The notes under the pieces were generated by a model. The model had not been told where the DNA came from. It ran no database searches and worked only from the letters and a program-made list of their open reading frames with translations. From NCBI GenBank assembly GCA_021845865.1, contig JAJZVC010000003.1:25618-89617 (forward strand): DNA of 64,000 nucleotides, written 5' to 3'. Position numbers and translations under genes: made by a program. This DNA is from Pseudomonadota bacterium. Lineage in GTDB: Bacteria; Pseudomonadota; Gammaproteobacteria; Burkholderiales; UBA9220. Each line of letters opens with the position of its first letter. Within the stretch, counting starts at the first letter, position 1. Shown one piece after another: positions 9,274 to 18,621 of the stretch.

Positions 9274-10424
9274 TACTTCAGCTGTTCGTACAGCAGGGTC
9301 AGGATGCGGTTGCCGGTGTCGGTTTTATCCGGCTGCCCGTTCTTGTCCAGAACTTCCACCCGGCTGCCTTCGCCTTCATCCTTCACCACTACGCGGTATT
9401 GTTCCTGCTGGCTCTTCTTGCTGTCGCTGCTGCTCCAGAAGGCCAGCTTGCTGAGGAAGCCCTTGTCCTTCTTGGCCATGGCCTCCGCCTCGGGGTCCAG
9501 GTAGCGCACATAGTAAATGCCCTGGGAGCGGTCGCGGTCCTCCACCGTGAATCCTACCCGGTCGAGGGCCAAGCCGACCCGGCGCCAGGCACGGTCGAAA
9601 GCGTCATAGAGCGCCAGGCTGCCATGGCCGCCTGGCGCCTTGGTAAGCGTGGCGCGGTGGGTCACGGAATCCGCCGCCACCATGGACTTGGCTCGCGCCT
9701 CCTGGACGCCGAAGCGCACCATCAGGCGCCGCAGCATTTCCGCCTCCAGCTCCGGGTCGGCGGGCCGGGGCTCCCACACGGTCTGGTTGCCGCCGTCGCC
9801 ACCCTGGATCACTTCGTACATGCCGCGGTGGCTGATGTAGATTTCCGTGGTGCCCGGTTCGCTGCCCCGCTCCAGGCGGGTGCGGAACTTGTCACGCTCG
9901 GCGGTGGAGTACAGGCTGTCCACCACCTTGCTCAGGATGCCGCGGATCGGATCCATGGGAATCTTGGCCCGGTTCTCCGCCCAGTCGGTTTCCATCACCC
10001 CGGCCTGGGGCATTTCCGTCTTGATCAGGAAACCGTTTTCCTGCCAGAACTCCTTCACCACCGGCCAAACCTGATCCGGCGAGGCCTGGACCACGATCCA
10101 GCGCTCGGAGCCGGCGCGGTGGAAGGTCACCTTCTCCACCTTGGGCAGCACATCGCTGGACTGGGCCTGAGTCTGGCCGGCACGCTCCTGGTTGTAGGCG
10201 GAATAGGTGGCGCTGCCGGAGGGGCTGATGTCGGGCACCGCATAACGGTCATCGGTACCGGGGTTGGTCAAGTCGGGGGGAACTTCCAAGGGGGGAAGTT
10301 TACCGGTGGATTTGTAATCGACCTTCTTGCCCTGGACCATGTCCCCCATGGAACTGCAACCGGCCAGAGACGCTGCCAGGGCTGCGGCAATCGCCAGGCC
10401 GCCCAGTACGTTACGACATTTCAT
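9273..10424 (-). CDS. bamC: outer-membrane protein assembly lipoprotein BamC (NlpB)
   Basis: 383 aa with a lipobox (SLAGCSS). It lies immediately downstream of dapA, the conserved dapA-nlpB arrangement. Confidence 0.7.
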   Translation of the reverse strand: MKCRNVLGGLAIAAALAASLAGCSSMGDMVQGKKVDYKSTGKLPPLEVPPDLTNPGTDDRYAVPDISPSGSATYSAYNQERAGQTQAQSSDVLPKVEKVTFHRAGSERWIVVQASPDQVWPVVKEFWQENGFLIKTEMPQAGVMETDWAENRAKIPMDPIRGILSKVVDSLYSTAERDKFRTRLERGSEPGTTEIYISHRGMYEVIQGGDGGNQTVWEPRPADPELEAEMLRRLMVRFGVQEARAKSMVAADSVTHRATLTKAPGGHGSLALYDAFDRAWRRVGLALDRVGFTVEDRDRSQGIYYVRYLDPEAEAMAKKDKGFLSKLAFWSSSDSKKSQQEQYRVVVKDEGEGSRVEVLDKNGQPDKTDTGNRILTLLYEQLK

Positions 10425-10445
10425 CAGAAAGCATCCTTCGTTAAA

Positions 10446-11324
10446 TCAGGCCGCAACGCCGGCCTGCCGCATGGCTTGGCGCACCGTTTCCTGGTTGGCG
10501 GCGGAAAGGGGGGTAAGGGGCAGGCGAATGCCCCCCGCGATCAGTCCCATCTGCTGGACCGCCCATTTGACCGGGATGGGGTTGGCCTCGACGAAGAGGT
10601 GGCGATGCAACCCCAGGAGCTTGGCATTGAGGGAACGGGCCGAGGCCAAGTCGCCGGCGAAGGCTGCCATGCACATTTCGTGCATCGCCTTCGGCGCCAC
10701 GTTGGCGGTGACGGAAATCACCCCATGCCCCCCCAGCAGCATCAGCGCCAGGGCGCTGGCATCGTCGCCGCTGTAAATGGCGAAATCCGCCGGCGCGCGC
10801 AGGATCAAATCGGTGCCGCGCTCGATATTGCCGGTAGCGTCCTTGATGCCGACGATGTTGGGTATCTGCGCCAGGCGCAGCACGGTATCGTTGGACAAAT
10901 CGGACGCGGTGCGGCCGGGAACGTTGTACAGTATCTGCGGCACGTCCACCGCTTCGGCGATGGCCTTGAAGTGGCGGTACATGCCTTCCTGGCCGGGTTT
11001 GTTGTAGTAGGGCGCCACCAGCAGGCAGTAGTCGGCGCCGGAATCCTTGGCGCAACGGGTCAGCTCGATGGCTTCCGCGGTTGAGTTGGCGCCGGTGCCG
11101 GCGATCACCGGCACGCGCTTGGCAGCTTGCTCCACCACGGTCTTGATGAGGACGCAGTGCTCATCGTAGTTCACGGTGGGGGACTCCCCGGTGGTCCCTA
11201 CCACCACGATGCCGTCCGTACCCTGTTCGACGTGGAAATCCACCAGCTTCCGCAGGCCCGGCAGGTCCAGGGAGCCGTCTTCGTGCATGGGGGTCACAAT
11301 TGCAACCAAGCTGCCTTTTAGCAT
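10446..11324 (-). CDS. dapA: 4-hydroxy-tetrahydrodipicolinate synthase
   Basis: 292 aa reading [10 protein letters not shown]...[11 protein letters not shown]...YNVPGRT...IVGIKDATG. Confidence 0.95.
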   Translation of the reverse strand: MLKGSLVAIVTPMHEDGSLDLPGLRKLVDFHVEQGTDGIVVVGTTGESPTVNYDEHCVLIKTVVEQAAKRVPVIAGTGANSTAEAIELTRCAKDSGADYCLLVAPYYNKPGQEGMYRHFKAIAEAVDVPQILYNVPGRTASDLSNDTVLRLAQIPNIVGIKDATGNIERGTDLILRAPADFAIYSGDDASALALMLLGGHGVISVTANVAPKAMHEMCMAAFAGDLASARSLNAKLLGLHRHLFVEANPIPVKWAVQQMGLIAGGIRLPLTPLSAANQETVRQAMRQAGVAA

Positions 11325-11436
11325 GTTCTCCGTTCCGTTCAGTGCTCGATCAGCGCCGGATTCCGGCCCTTTTTCGATAAATTATTAAGCGCTTAAGTTT
11401 ACCCGAAATTCTCCCCGAACGGAAAATCGCGCGAGG

Positions 11437-13251
11437 TCAATCCGCCTCCCGATCCAGGGAGCAGCATTGCCTGCCCTCGGCGGGGGGAACCGGCGACAGC
11501 ACCTCGCCGGTCACCGGGTTGGGGCGAAAGGCCGTGCACCCTTTGAGCCCCAGCCGGTAGGCCTGTTCATAGACACCGACGAAGTCCTCAAAGTTGCACG
11601 CGGCGGAAATCTGGATGGTTTTCGAAATGGCGTTGTCCACATGGGCCTGCAAAGCCGCCTGCATGGCAAGCTGCGCGCCGGGGGCCACATCGGCCACGGT
11701 CACGAAAGATGCCGGCAACGGCGTTGCCTCCCCATGCAACTCACGGAACAGACGACAGGCATAGTCCGTCACCTCCACCGTATCCAGGCTGCCGTCGCTG
11801 TCACGGATATGGCGCTGGTAGCGGAAGCGGAAAATAGGCTCCAGGCCGCTCGATACGTTATCCGCCAGGAGGCTGATGGTGCCGGTGGGAGCGATGGCGG
11901 CAAGATGGCTGTTGCGGATGCCGTGGCGGGCGATGCCCTCGCGGATGTCGCTCGGCAGGCGCTGCACGAAGGGGCTCGCCAGATAAGGCGCCGCCTCGAA
12001 AGCGGGAAAGGCGCCTTTCTCCTTGGCCAGTTCGATAGCGCTCCGGTAGGCGCTGTGACAGATCGTTTCCATGGCCCGGCCCGCCCACCGTACCGCCTCA
12101 TCGCCGTCATAGGGAAGATTCAGCATCGCCAGCGCGTCAGCCAGGCCGGTTATCCCCAGGCCCAAGCGGCGTGATGCGCGGGCCGCCTCCCCTTGCCGCG
12201 GCAGGGGGAAGGCGGATACCTCGTAGGCGTTGTCCAGCATTCGCACCGCCGTTTTGACGGTCTCTTTCACCCCCTCCCAATCCAGGGCTGCCTGGGCGGA
12301 GAAAGGGGCCATCACGAAACGGGCCAGGTTCACCGACCCCAGGTCGCACGCTCCGTAAGGCGGCAAGGGGATTTCGCCGCAGGGGTTGGTGGCGCTGATG
12401 TGTTCGCAATACGCCAGGTTGTTGGCACGATTGACCGTATCGATGAATACCACCCCAGGTTCGGCGCAGTCGTAAGCGGCCCGCGCGATACGGCGCCACA
12501 GCTTCCGCGCGGGAATGCGCTCCATCACTTGGCAGGGGCGCGCCTCCTCGCGTCCCGGCCAGCGCCTGAACACGACCTCCCGGTCCGCGCTTTCGCCCTC
12601 CAGGGGAAACACCAGCGGCCAGTCCGCATCGTTCGCCACCGCCGCCATGAAATCGTCGCTCACCTGCACCGAGAGGTTGAAATGGCGCAGCACCCCCGGT
12701 TCCCGCTTGGCCTCGACAAAGGCCAGGATATCGGGATGGTCGCAGCGCAGCGTCGCCATCATCGCCCCCCGGCGGGCGCCGGTGGACAGAATGGTCGCGC
12801 ACATGGCGTCCCAGATTTTCATGAACGAAACCGGTCCGGACGCAACGGCGCCGACCCGTTTTGCCGGCGCGCCGGCGGGACGCAGGGTGGAAAAGTCGTA
12901 GCCGACGCCCCCGCCCTGCTGCATGGTGAGAGCGCCTTCCTTCAGTGCCTCGAAAATACCGTCCAGGGAATCGTCGATGAGCCCCATGACGAAACAGTTG
13001 AACAGCGTCACTTCATGACGCGTTCCGGCGCCAGCCAGAATGCGCCCGCCCGGCAGGAAACGGAAATCCTCCAGAATGCCTTGGAACCTTTCCGCCCAGG
13101 CTTGCCGCTCATTTCCCTCCGGGCCGGCAAGAGCAACCGCCACCCGGCGCCAGGTATCCTGGATGGTCGCATCGACAATCCTCTCCCCCTGGCGATAACG
13201 GTACTTACTGTCCCAAATACGACGGGAAACCTCGCTGCGGAACATCTCCAT
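11437..13251 (-). CDS. nrdJ: adenosylcobalamin-dependent (class II) ribonucleotide reductase
   Basis: Motifs LFNCFV, ATNPCGEIPLPPYGACDLGSVNL (active-site Cys) and GCTAFRPN. The start is set at the ATG at 13249-13251 (MEMFRSEV), which has AGGAG 6 nt upstream. The track ORF extends 14 codons further, to 13293. Confidence 0.9.
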   Translation of the reverse strand: MEMFRSEVSRRIWDSKYRYRQGERIVDATIQDTWRRVAVALAGPEGNERQAWAERFQGILEDFRFLPGGRILAGAGTRHEVTLFNCFVMGLIDDSLDGIFEALKEGALTMQQGGGVGYDFSTLRPAGAPAKRVGAVASGPVSFMKIWDAMCATILSTGARRGAMMATLRCDHPDILAFVEAKREPGVLRHFNLSVQVSDDFMAAVANDADWPLVFPLEGESADREVVFRRWPGREEARPCQVMERIPARKLWRRIARAAYDCAEPGVVFIDTVNRANNLAYCEHISATNPCGEIPLPPYGACDLGSVNLARFVMAPFSAQAALDWEGVKETVKTAVRMLDNAYEVSAFPLPRQGEAARASRRLGLGITGLADALAMLNLPYDGDEAVRWAGRAMETICHSAYRSAIELAKEKGAFPAFEAAPYLASPFVQRLPSDIREGIARHGIRNSHLAAIAPTGTISLLADNVSSGLEPIFRFRYQRHIRDSDGSLDTVEVTDYACRLFRELHGEATPLPASFVTVADVAPGAQLAMQAALQAHVDNAISKTIQISAACNFEDFVGVYEQAYRLGLKGCTAFRPNPVTGEVLSPVPPAEGRQCCSLDREAD

Positions 13252-13266
13252 GGCGGCTCCTGGTCG

Positions 13267-13298
13267 AAAAAAAACCGGCGGGCACTCACCCACCGGTT
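13267..13298 (-). terminator. intrinsic terminator/attenuator hairpin directly upstream of the nrdJ RBS
   Basis: The minus strand reads AACCGGTGGG-TGAGTG-CCCGCCGGTT followed by TTTTTT (the U-tract continues directly from the stem, eight U in all). The stem is 10 bp including one G-U pair. Only ~6 nt separate the T-run from the AGGAG of nrdJ. Confidence 0.7.
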
Positions 13299-13336
13299 CA
13301 TTTTACGGCATTCGGATATTGCCGGCCCCGTACTCC

Positions 13337-13555
13337 CTAGTGGCGCACGATGGGCTGATGCTTTTCCCCCACCCCTTCAGGGGGGACCGAAACCGGCGGC
13401 GGACGCCGTTCCGGCCGGCGCTCTTCGATGCGCTCCATCAGCCGCGGCATTTCGAAGCGGGGTTGCGGCAATCCGCGTTCGGGCGTCACATCCTCTCTCC
13501 GACCGGATTCGGATATTTCCATTTCACCCGTGACCATGTCCCAAATTACGCTCAT
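13337..13555 (-). CDS. hypothetical small protein (72 aa) in the nrdJ leader region
   Basis: The ATG is preceded by AGGAGGTG at 5 nt spacing. The product is Glu/Arg/Pro-rich with no recognisable motif. The region could instead be non-coding leader RNA. Confidence 0.35.
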   Translation of the reverse strand: MSVIWDMVTGEMEISESGRREDVTPERGLPQPRFEMPRLMERIEERRPERRPPPVSVPPEGVGEKHQPIVRH

Positions 13556-13648
13556 GATCCACCTCCTGTCCGTGGCTGAAGCTGTCTGTCCGTGAGAGAT
13601 ATAACGACCCGGCGGACGGAAAGTTGAGAGCCGATATCGGTAATTCTC

Positions 13649-14185
13649 TCAGTCGATATCAAGCAATTCCCGTTCCGGCTTAACGGCGCAAATCCGTTGC
13701 ATGGCCGACGCCCCTTTCACCACCCCTTCTTCATAGGCCACCACCCGCAGACGGCCATGGACCCGTTCGAGCAATTCTCCCGGCCGGAGGAGGAAGTCCG
13801 GGTTGCGGGGGCGGCCAAAACGTTCATTGCCGGCGGCAAAAGTTTCATAAATCAGCATCCCCCCTTCCGCCAATCCCTCCAGCAAAAACGGAAACAAGGG
13901 GCGGTGCAAGTAGCGGGTCACGACGACGGCATCGAATTCCGCCGCGCCATAGGGCCAAGACGCCCCTTCCAAATCGGCCCGGCGCAGCGTCACGCCCGCC
14001 ATATCCCGGATGGCGGCAGAGGCGGCGCCAATGTCGATGTCCACCGCCTCCACGCGCAGCCCCAGAGAGGCCAGATAGAGGGCATGGCGCCCGCCACCGC
14101 AAGCCACGTCCAGCACCCGCCCTCCACCGGCGATGCGCGGCGCCCACCGGGCGACCCAGGCCGAAATTTCCTCCACCGCGTGCAA
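13649..14185 (-). CDS. class I SAM-dependent methyltransferase
   Basis: Motif I VLDVACGGGRHALYLA, then EAVDID and the acidic loop FDAVVVTRYLHRP. No in-frame ATG exists near the expected N-terminus. Candidate starts are CTG 14194 (overlapping the fliR TGA), TTG 14185 (used here) and GTG 14176. Confidence 0.75.
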   Translation of the reverse strand: MHAVEEISAWVARWAPRIAGGGRVLDVACGGGRHALYLASLGLRVEAVDIDIGAASAAIRDMAGVTLRRADLEGASWPYGAAEFDAVVVTRYLHRPLFPFLLEGLAEGGMLIYETFAAGNERFGRPRNPDFLLRPGELLERVHGRLRVVAYEEGVVKGASAMQRICAVKPERELLDID

Positions 14186-14190
14186 GGTCG

Positions 14191-14976
14191 TCAGGGCCGC
14201 AGCAACTGGGGAACCTTGACCATCATCATGGTGCCGCTCTGCAACAGCTGGCCGATGAGGGGCAGCAGATAGGGCAAGGAAATCGCCAGGACCAGGAAGC
14301 CCACGCTCAGAGTGATGGGGAAACCGACGGCGAAAATGTTGAGCTGCGGGGCGGCACGGGTCATCACGCCGATGGACAGGTTGGTGATCAGCAACGTCGC
14401 CACCACCGGCAAGGACAGCCATACGCCGACCCGAAAAAGCTCCGCCCCCCACCCCGCCAAGGCGCGCCACCCCTGGGACGACACCGGCTCAGCGAGAATG
14501 GGCAGAACCTGGAAGCTATCGGCCAGCGCCATCAACACCATCTGGTGGCCGTTCATGGACAGGAACACCAGCACGGTGAGCAAGCCCATGAACTGGGACA
14601 TGATCGGCAGCTGCGCCGAGTTCTGCGGATCGTAGAAGGTGGCAAAACCGAGGCCCATCTGCAAGCCGACGAGGTGGCCGGCCATTTCCACGGAGGTATA
14701 AACGATGCGCATGGCAAAGCCGATGGACACCCCGATCACCACTTGCTGCACGATGACCAGCAAGCCCTTGGCCGAGCCCGGCTCCACGGCGGGAACACTC
14801 CCCAGATTGGGCGCCAGCAGGATGGCGATGAGGGCCGCCAGACCGATCTTCACCGTCGCAGGAATACTGCGGTTGCCCAACACCGGTTCCGTGGCGATGA
14901 TCCCCAGGATACGGAAAAACGGCCAGATGAACAGCGCCAGCCAGGCATTGAGCTGGGCGCTGGTGACGGTAAGCAC
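14191..14976 (-). CDS. fliR: flagellar export apparatus protein FliR
   Basis: 261-aa polytopic membrane protein. The N-terminus MLTVTSAQLNAWLALFIWPFFRILG resembles enterobacterial FliR. GTG start; follows fliQ. Confidence 0.9.
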   Translation of the reverse strand: MLTVTSAQLNAWLALFIWPFFRILGIIATEPVLGNRSIPATVKIGLAALIAILLAPNLGSVPAVEPGSAKGLLVIVQQVVIGVSIGFAMRIVYTSVEMAGHLVGLQMGLGFATFYDPQNSAQLPIMSQFMGLLTVLVFLSMNGHQMVLMALADSFQVLPILAEPVSSQGWRALAGWGAELFRVGVWLSLPVVATLLITNLSIGVMTRAAPQLNIFAVGFPITLSVGFLVLAISLPYLLPLIGQLLQSGTMMMVKVPQLLRP

Positions 14977-14985
14977 GCCCCGCCT

Positions 14986-15258
14986 CTAGCCGACGAAACC
15001 CGGAATGCCGCCGTAGAGGCGGCGCATGAAGTCCAGCATGGTGCCGATCATCCACGGCCCGGCCAGCACCAGCGTGATGAACATGGCGAACAGCTTGGGA
15101 ATGAAAGACAGGGTCATTTCGTTGATTTGGGTCGCCGCCTGGAAAATGCTTACCAGCAAGCCTACCGCCAAGCCCACCCCCAGCACCGGCGCCGAGATCA
15201 TCAAGGTCACCTGCATCGCCTGCTGGCCGATGCTCATCACCATTTCCGGGGTCATCAT
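14986..15258 (-). CDS. fliQ: flagellar export apparatus protein FliQ
   Basis: 90 aa with two TM segments, between fliP and fliR. Confidence 0.9.
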   Translation of the reverse strand: MMTPEMVMSIGQQAMQVTLMISAPVLGVGLAVGLLVSIFQAATQINEMTLSFIPKLFAMFITLVLAGPWMIGTMLDFMRRLYGGIPGFVG

Positions 15259-15268
15259 GGCGCGTCTC

Positions 15269-16045
15269 CTAGACGTAAAAACTCTGGACCAGAGAGCCGA
15301 TGAGCAGATTCCAGCCGTCAGCCAGCACGAACAGCATCATCTTGAAAGGCAGGGAAATAATCACCGGCGACAACATCATCATGCCCATGGACATCAGCAC
15401 GCTGGCCACCACCATGTCGATGATGAGGAAAGGGATGTAAACCACGAAACCGATTTGGAACGCCGTTTTCAACTCGCTGATGACATAGGACGGCACCAGG
15501 ATTTTCAGCGGCACTTCCTCCGGGCCGTTGAAGGGCTTGGAATTGGAAATCTTCATGAACAGGGCCAGGTCATCCTGGCGCGTCTGGCGCATCATGAAGG
15601 TCTTGAGGGGCTTCGCCCCCCGGTCCAGCGCCTCGGTAAAAGTGATTTTCTGTTCCGAATAAGGCTGGTAGGCCTCGGTGTATATCTTGTCGAACACTGG
15701 CGCCATGACAAAAAAGGTCAGGAACAAGGACAATCCGACCAGCACCTGATTGGGTGGCGCCTGCATGGTTCCCAACGCTTGGCGCAGAAGGGACAGGACG
15801 ATGATGATGCGGGTAAAGGCCGTCATCATCAGCAGGACCGCCGGCAGGAAAGTCAGCGCCGTCAGCAGCAGCAGCGTTTGGATACTGAGGGTGTAGTTCT
15901 GCCCGCCACCGGGTGCCGGCGTGCTGGAGAAAGCGGGGATGCCCGGGTCGGCCGCCCAGGCCAGGGCAGGCAGAAGCCCGGCTGACAAGACCAGGATCAC
16001 GGCCCACAGTCGGGTACGGCGAAGCAAGTGCGGTCCAAGAGGCAT
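15269..16045 (-). CDS. fliP: flagellar export apparatus protein FliP
   Basis: 258 aa with a signal sequence, then [35 protein letters not shown] and [22 protein letters not shown]. Confidence 0.95.
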   Translation of the reverse strand: MPLGPHLLRRTRLWAVILVLSAGLLPALAWAADPGIPAFSSTPAPGGGQNYTLSIQTLLLLTALTFLPAVLLMMTAFTRIIIVLSLLRQALGTMQAPPNQVLVGLSLFLTFFVMAPVFDKIYTEAYQPYSEQKITFTEALDRGAKPLKTFMMRQTRQDDLALFMKISNSKPFNGPEEVPLKILVPSYVISELKTAFQIGFVVYIPFLIIDMVVASVLMSMGMMMLSPVIISLPFKMMLFVLADGWNLLIGSLVQSFYV

Positions 16046-16049
16046 AGGA

Positions 16050-16517
16050 TCAGGTGTTGGGTTTGCGGCCCTGCATGGCCTGTTTCAGCCAGAGGGCAAA
16101 ATTTTTCTGTTCCCCGGCGGGAGAATCAACGGCTGCATTATCGTGCTGCTTCGGCATGGTGTGCAAGGCATTCACCTGCCCCGGCGCCACCCCGACGACC
16201 AGCCAGACGTCCCCCACTTCGACCAGAACCACGCGCTCCTTGGGACCGACAGCCACGCCGCCGACCACCCGCATGCTTCCTCCCCCCAACCGCTGGCTGC
16301 CGGCAAAACGGCGCAGCAGCCATGCCGAGAGCGCCACCGCGCCCAATACCAGGGCAAGGGCGAAGAGAACCTGGACAAGACTCCAGAAAGAAACGGGGGA
16401 AGGCTGAAAGGCTTGGGGCGACACGGGGGGCGCATCCGCCGCCCATGCCGCGGCTGCCGCACATCCGGAGGCCAGCACCGCCGCCATGGCCGCCAGCACT
16501 CGCCGCTCGAGGCTCAT
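16050..16517 (-). CDS. fliO: flagellar protein FliO
   Basis: 155 aa with a single TM segment. The call rests on its position between fliN (ATGA overlap) and fliP. Confidence 0.7.
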   Translation of the reverse strand: MSLERRVLAAMAAVLASGCAAAAAWAADAPPVSPQAFQPSPVSFWSLVQVLFALALVLGAVALSAWLLRRFAGSQRLGGGSMRVVGGVAVGPKERVVLVEVGDVWLVVGVAPGQVNALHTMPKQHDNAAVDSPAGEQKNFALWLKQAMQGRKPNT

Positions 16518-17056
16518 CGGTTCAGTTTGCGGATGCGTTCGGAAGGGGAAATGATGTCGGTGAGGCGGATGCCGAACTTATCGTTCACCACCACCACCTC
16601 GCCCTGGGCGATGAGGCAGCCGTTGACCAGCACATTCATCGGTTCGCCGGCCAAGCCGTCCAGTTCCACCACCGACCCCTGGGCCAACTGCAGCAGGTTG
16701 CGGATGGCGATTTTGGTGCGCCCCAGTTCGACGGTCAGATTGACGGGAATATCGAGAATCAGGTCGAGGTTGGTCGGCGCCGCGCCGCCAGTCGCCTCGG
16801 GGGTCAATGGCTCGAAGATTCGCGCCGGCTCGGGTTTCGGCTGCCCATCGACCACCGCCTGCTCGGCCATGGCAGCTGCCCAGTCATCGGTATCGGACGA
16901 TCCCTTGCCCCCATCGGTCTCGGCCTGCTCAGCCATGGCGGCGGCCCAATCGTCCGCCGCGGAAGCGCCGCCGGCATCGGCCGAAGCCTGTTCGGCCATG
17001 GCGGCCGCCCAGTCGTCGGAGCTACCCTGTTGATCGTTGTTTTCGCCCTCGGCCAT
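16514..17056 (-). CDS. fliN: flagellar motor switch protein FliN
   Basis: 180 aa. The C-terminal SpoA domain reads LDLILDIPVNLTVELGRTKIAIRNLLQLAQGSVVELD...VLVNGCLIAQGEVVVV. The N-terminal extension carries three DDWAAAMAEQA repeats. Confidence 0.9.
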   Translation of the reverse strand: MAEGENNDQQGSSDDWAAAMAEQASADAGGASAADDWAAAMAEQAETDGGKGSSDTDDWAAAMAEQAVVDGQPKPEPARIFEPLTPEATGGAAPTNLDLILDIPVNLTVELGRTKIAIRNLLQLAQGSVVELDGLAGEPMNVLVNGCLIAQGEVVVVNDKFGIRLTDIISPSERIRKLNR

Positions 17057-17064
17057 TGCCGCCT

Positions 17065-18045
17065 CTATTCGCTATCCGTTGCCGTGAGGACCTTGTTCAC
17101 CTTGAGCGCGTACTGGCCGTTGAGCACGCCGTACTTGCATTCGAAGACCGGGATGTTGTCGACTTCGGCAATCACCGCCTCGGGAATATCCAGGGAGATG
17201 ACGTCGCCCACCTGAAGATTCAGTATCTGCCCCAGGGTCACCGATGTCTCGCCCAGCGTAGCCACCAAATCCACCTCGGCATTCTGAATCTGCTTGGTCA
17301 GCACCTTCGTCCAGCGCTCGTCGACTTCCATGCGCTCGCCTTGCAACCCGCCGTAGAGCAGGTCGCGAATGGGTTCGATCATAGCATAGGGCATACACAT
17401 GTGGAAATCGCCGCCACCCTCGCCCAGTTCGATATTGAAGGTCGTCGTGACCACCACCTCGCTGGGGGTCGCGATGTTGGCGAACTGGGTATTCATTTCC
17501 GAGCGCACATACTCGAAATCCACCTTGAACACCGGCTCCCAGGAACGCTTCAGTTCCTCGAAGGCCACTTCCAGCATGCGCTGGATGATGCGCTGTTCGG
17601 TGGGGGTGAAGTCGCGGCCTTCCACGCGCATGTGGAAGCGGCCATCGCCGCCGAACATGGAGTCCACCACCAGAAACACGAGGTTGGGATCGAAAATCAG
17701 CAGCGCCGTCCCCCGCAGGGGCTTGATGTGGACCAGGTTGAGGTTGGTGGGAACGATCAGGTTGCGGATGAATTCGCTGTATTTCATCACCCGCACCGGG
17801 CCGACGGAAATCTCGGCGGTGCGGCGCATGAAGTTGAACAAGCCGATGCGGAACTGGCGGGCGAAACGCTCGTTGATGATCTCCAGGGTCGGCATCCGGC
17901 CCCGGACGATGCGGTCCTGGGTCGCCAGGTTGTAGGGGCGAACGCCGCCTCCGCCGCCCTCTTCCTCTTCAGGCTCGTCCGATTCGCCGGTTACCCCCTT
18001 GAGGAGGGCATCGACTTCTTCTTGTGACAGTATCTCGTCTGCCAT
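17065..18045 (-). CDS. fliM: flagellar motor switch protein FliM
   Basis: 326 aa with the N-terminal CheY-P binding motif (ILSQEEVDALL) and a C-terminal SpoA-like domain. Confidence 0.95.
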   Translation of the reverse strand: MADEILSQEEVDALLKGVTGESDEPEEEEGGGGGVRPYNLATQDRIVRGRMPTLEIINERFARQFRIGLFNFMRRTAEISVGPVRVMKYSEFIRNLIVPTNLNLVHIKPLRGTALLIFDPNLVFLVVDSMFGGDGRFHMRVEGRDFTPTEQRIIQRMLEVAFEELKRSWEPVFKVDFEYVRSEMNTQFANIATPSEVVVTTTFNIELGEGGGDFHMCMPYAMIEPIRDLLYGGLQGERMEVDERWTKVLTKQIQNAEVDLVATLGETSVTLGQILNLQVGDVISLDIPEAVIAEVDNIPVFECKYGVLNGQYALKVNKVLTATDSE

Positions 18046-18058
18046 GGCTCCAAATTAC

Positions 18059-18568
18059 TTACTGGATGACAAATGAAGTAAAGTAAACACCAAGCACGCC
18101 CTGACCGGCCGGCAGCCCAAGGGGTTCGTTGATTTTTTTCAGCAACTCGTCGCTCAATTTCTGCTTGCCCTCCGGGGTGGCCAAGTCCTCCGCCTGCTTG
18201 CTGGAAAGCAACAGGAGCACGCCGTTCTTGATTTCCGGCTTGTGCAGGTTGATTTTTTCCACCACCGACTGGTCCGACACCTTGAGGTCTATCCCCACCT
18301 GGAGATAACGGTTCTCCCCCATAAGGTTGACGGTGAACTGGTCCAAGGTGGTGAATATCGGCGGCGCATGTTCCCCCGCCTTCTTCTCCTCGGCCTTATG
18401 CTCCTTGCCGCCATCGCCGTGCCCCTGGAGGAAGAACCAAGCCCCCCCGCCGCCCGCGGCCGCGATCACAACAGCCGCCAGCACCACGATCAGCAGTTTC
18501 TTCTTCGACTTCCCTGCCGGAGCAGCCGCCGCCTCTTGTTCCGGCTGTTTGCGCGGGTCTTTAGCCAT
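18059..18568 (-). CDS. fliL: flagellar basal-body-associated protein FliL
   Basis: 169 aa with one TM segment, then FTTLDQFTVNL...RYLQVGIDLKV. It is the first gene of the fliLMNOPQR unit. Confidence 0.85.
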   Translation of the reverse strand: MAKDPRKQPEQEAAAAPAGKSKKKLLIVVLAAVVIAAAGGGGAWFFLQGHGDGGKEHKAEEKKAGEHAPPIFTTLDQFTVNLMGENRYLQVGIDLKVSDQSVVEKINLHKPEIKNGVLLLLSSKQAEDLATPEGKQKLSDELLKKINEPLGLPAGQGVLGVYFTSFVIQ

Positions 18569-18621
18569 GTTCCGCCCTCATCCAATCTCGCGTTTTGTTC
18601 CCCTATCAGGCCTGCGCCTTT

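Noticed and set aside
9399-11084. 561-aa plus-strand ORF
   Set aside because: It is antisense to bamC and dapA.
13250-13579. 109-aa plus-strand ORF opposite the small nrdJ-leader ORF
   Set aside because: It has no SD, begins antisense to the nrdJ start, and has a basic low-complexity composition. The minus-strand 72-codon ORF at least has a strong SD, though it remains uncertain too.
13300-13648. Cobalamin riboswitch or NrdR boxes upstream of nrdJ
   Set aside because: Fragments such as GGTGAAA, AATCCGG and GCCACT occur on the minus strand. They are separated by 12 nt and about 130 nt, instead of forming the contiguous B12 core, and no B12-box (AGYCMGGAGACCKGCC-like) is present. The palindromes CCGATATCGG and GTTATATC do not fit the ACACwATATaTwGTGT NrdR box or its tandem spacing.
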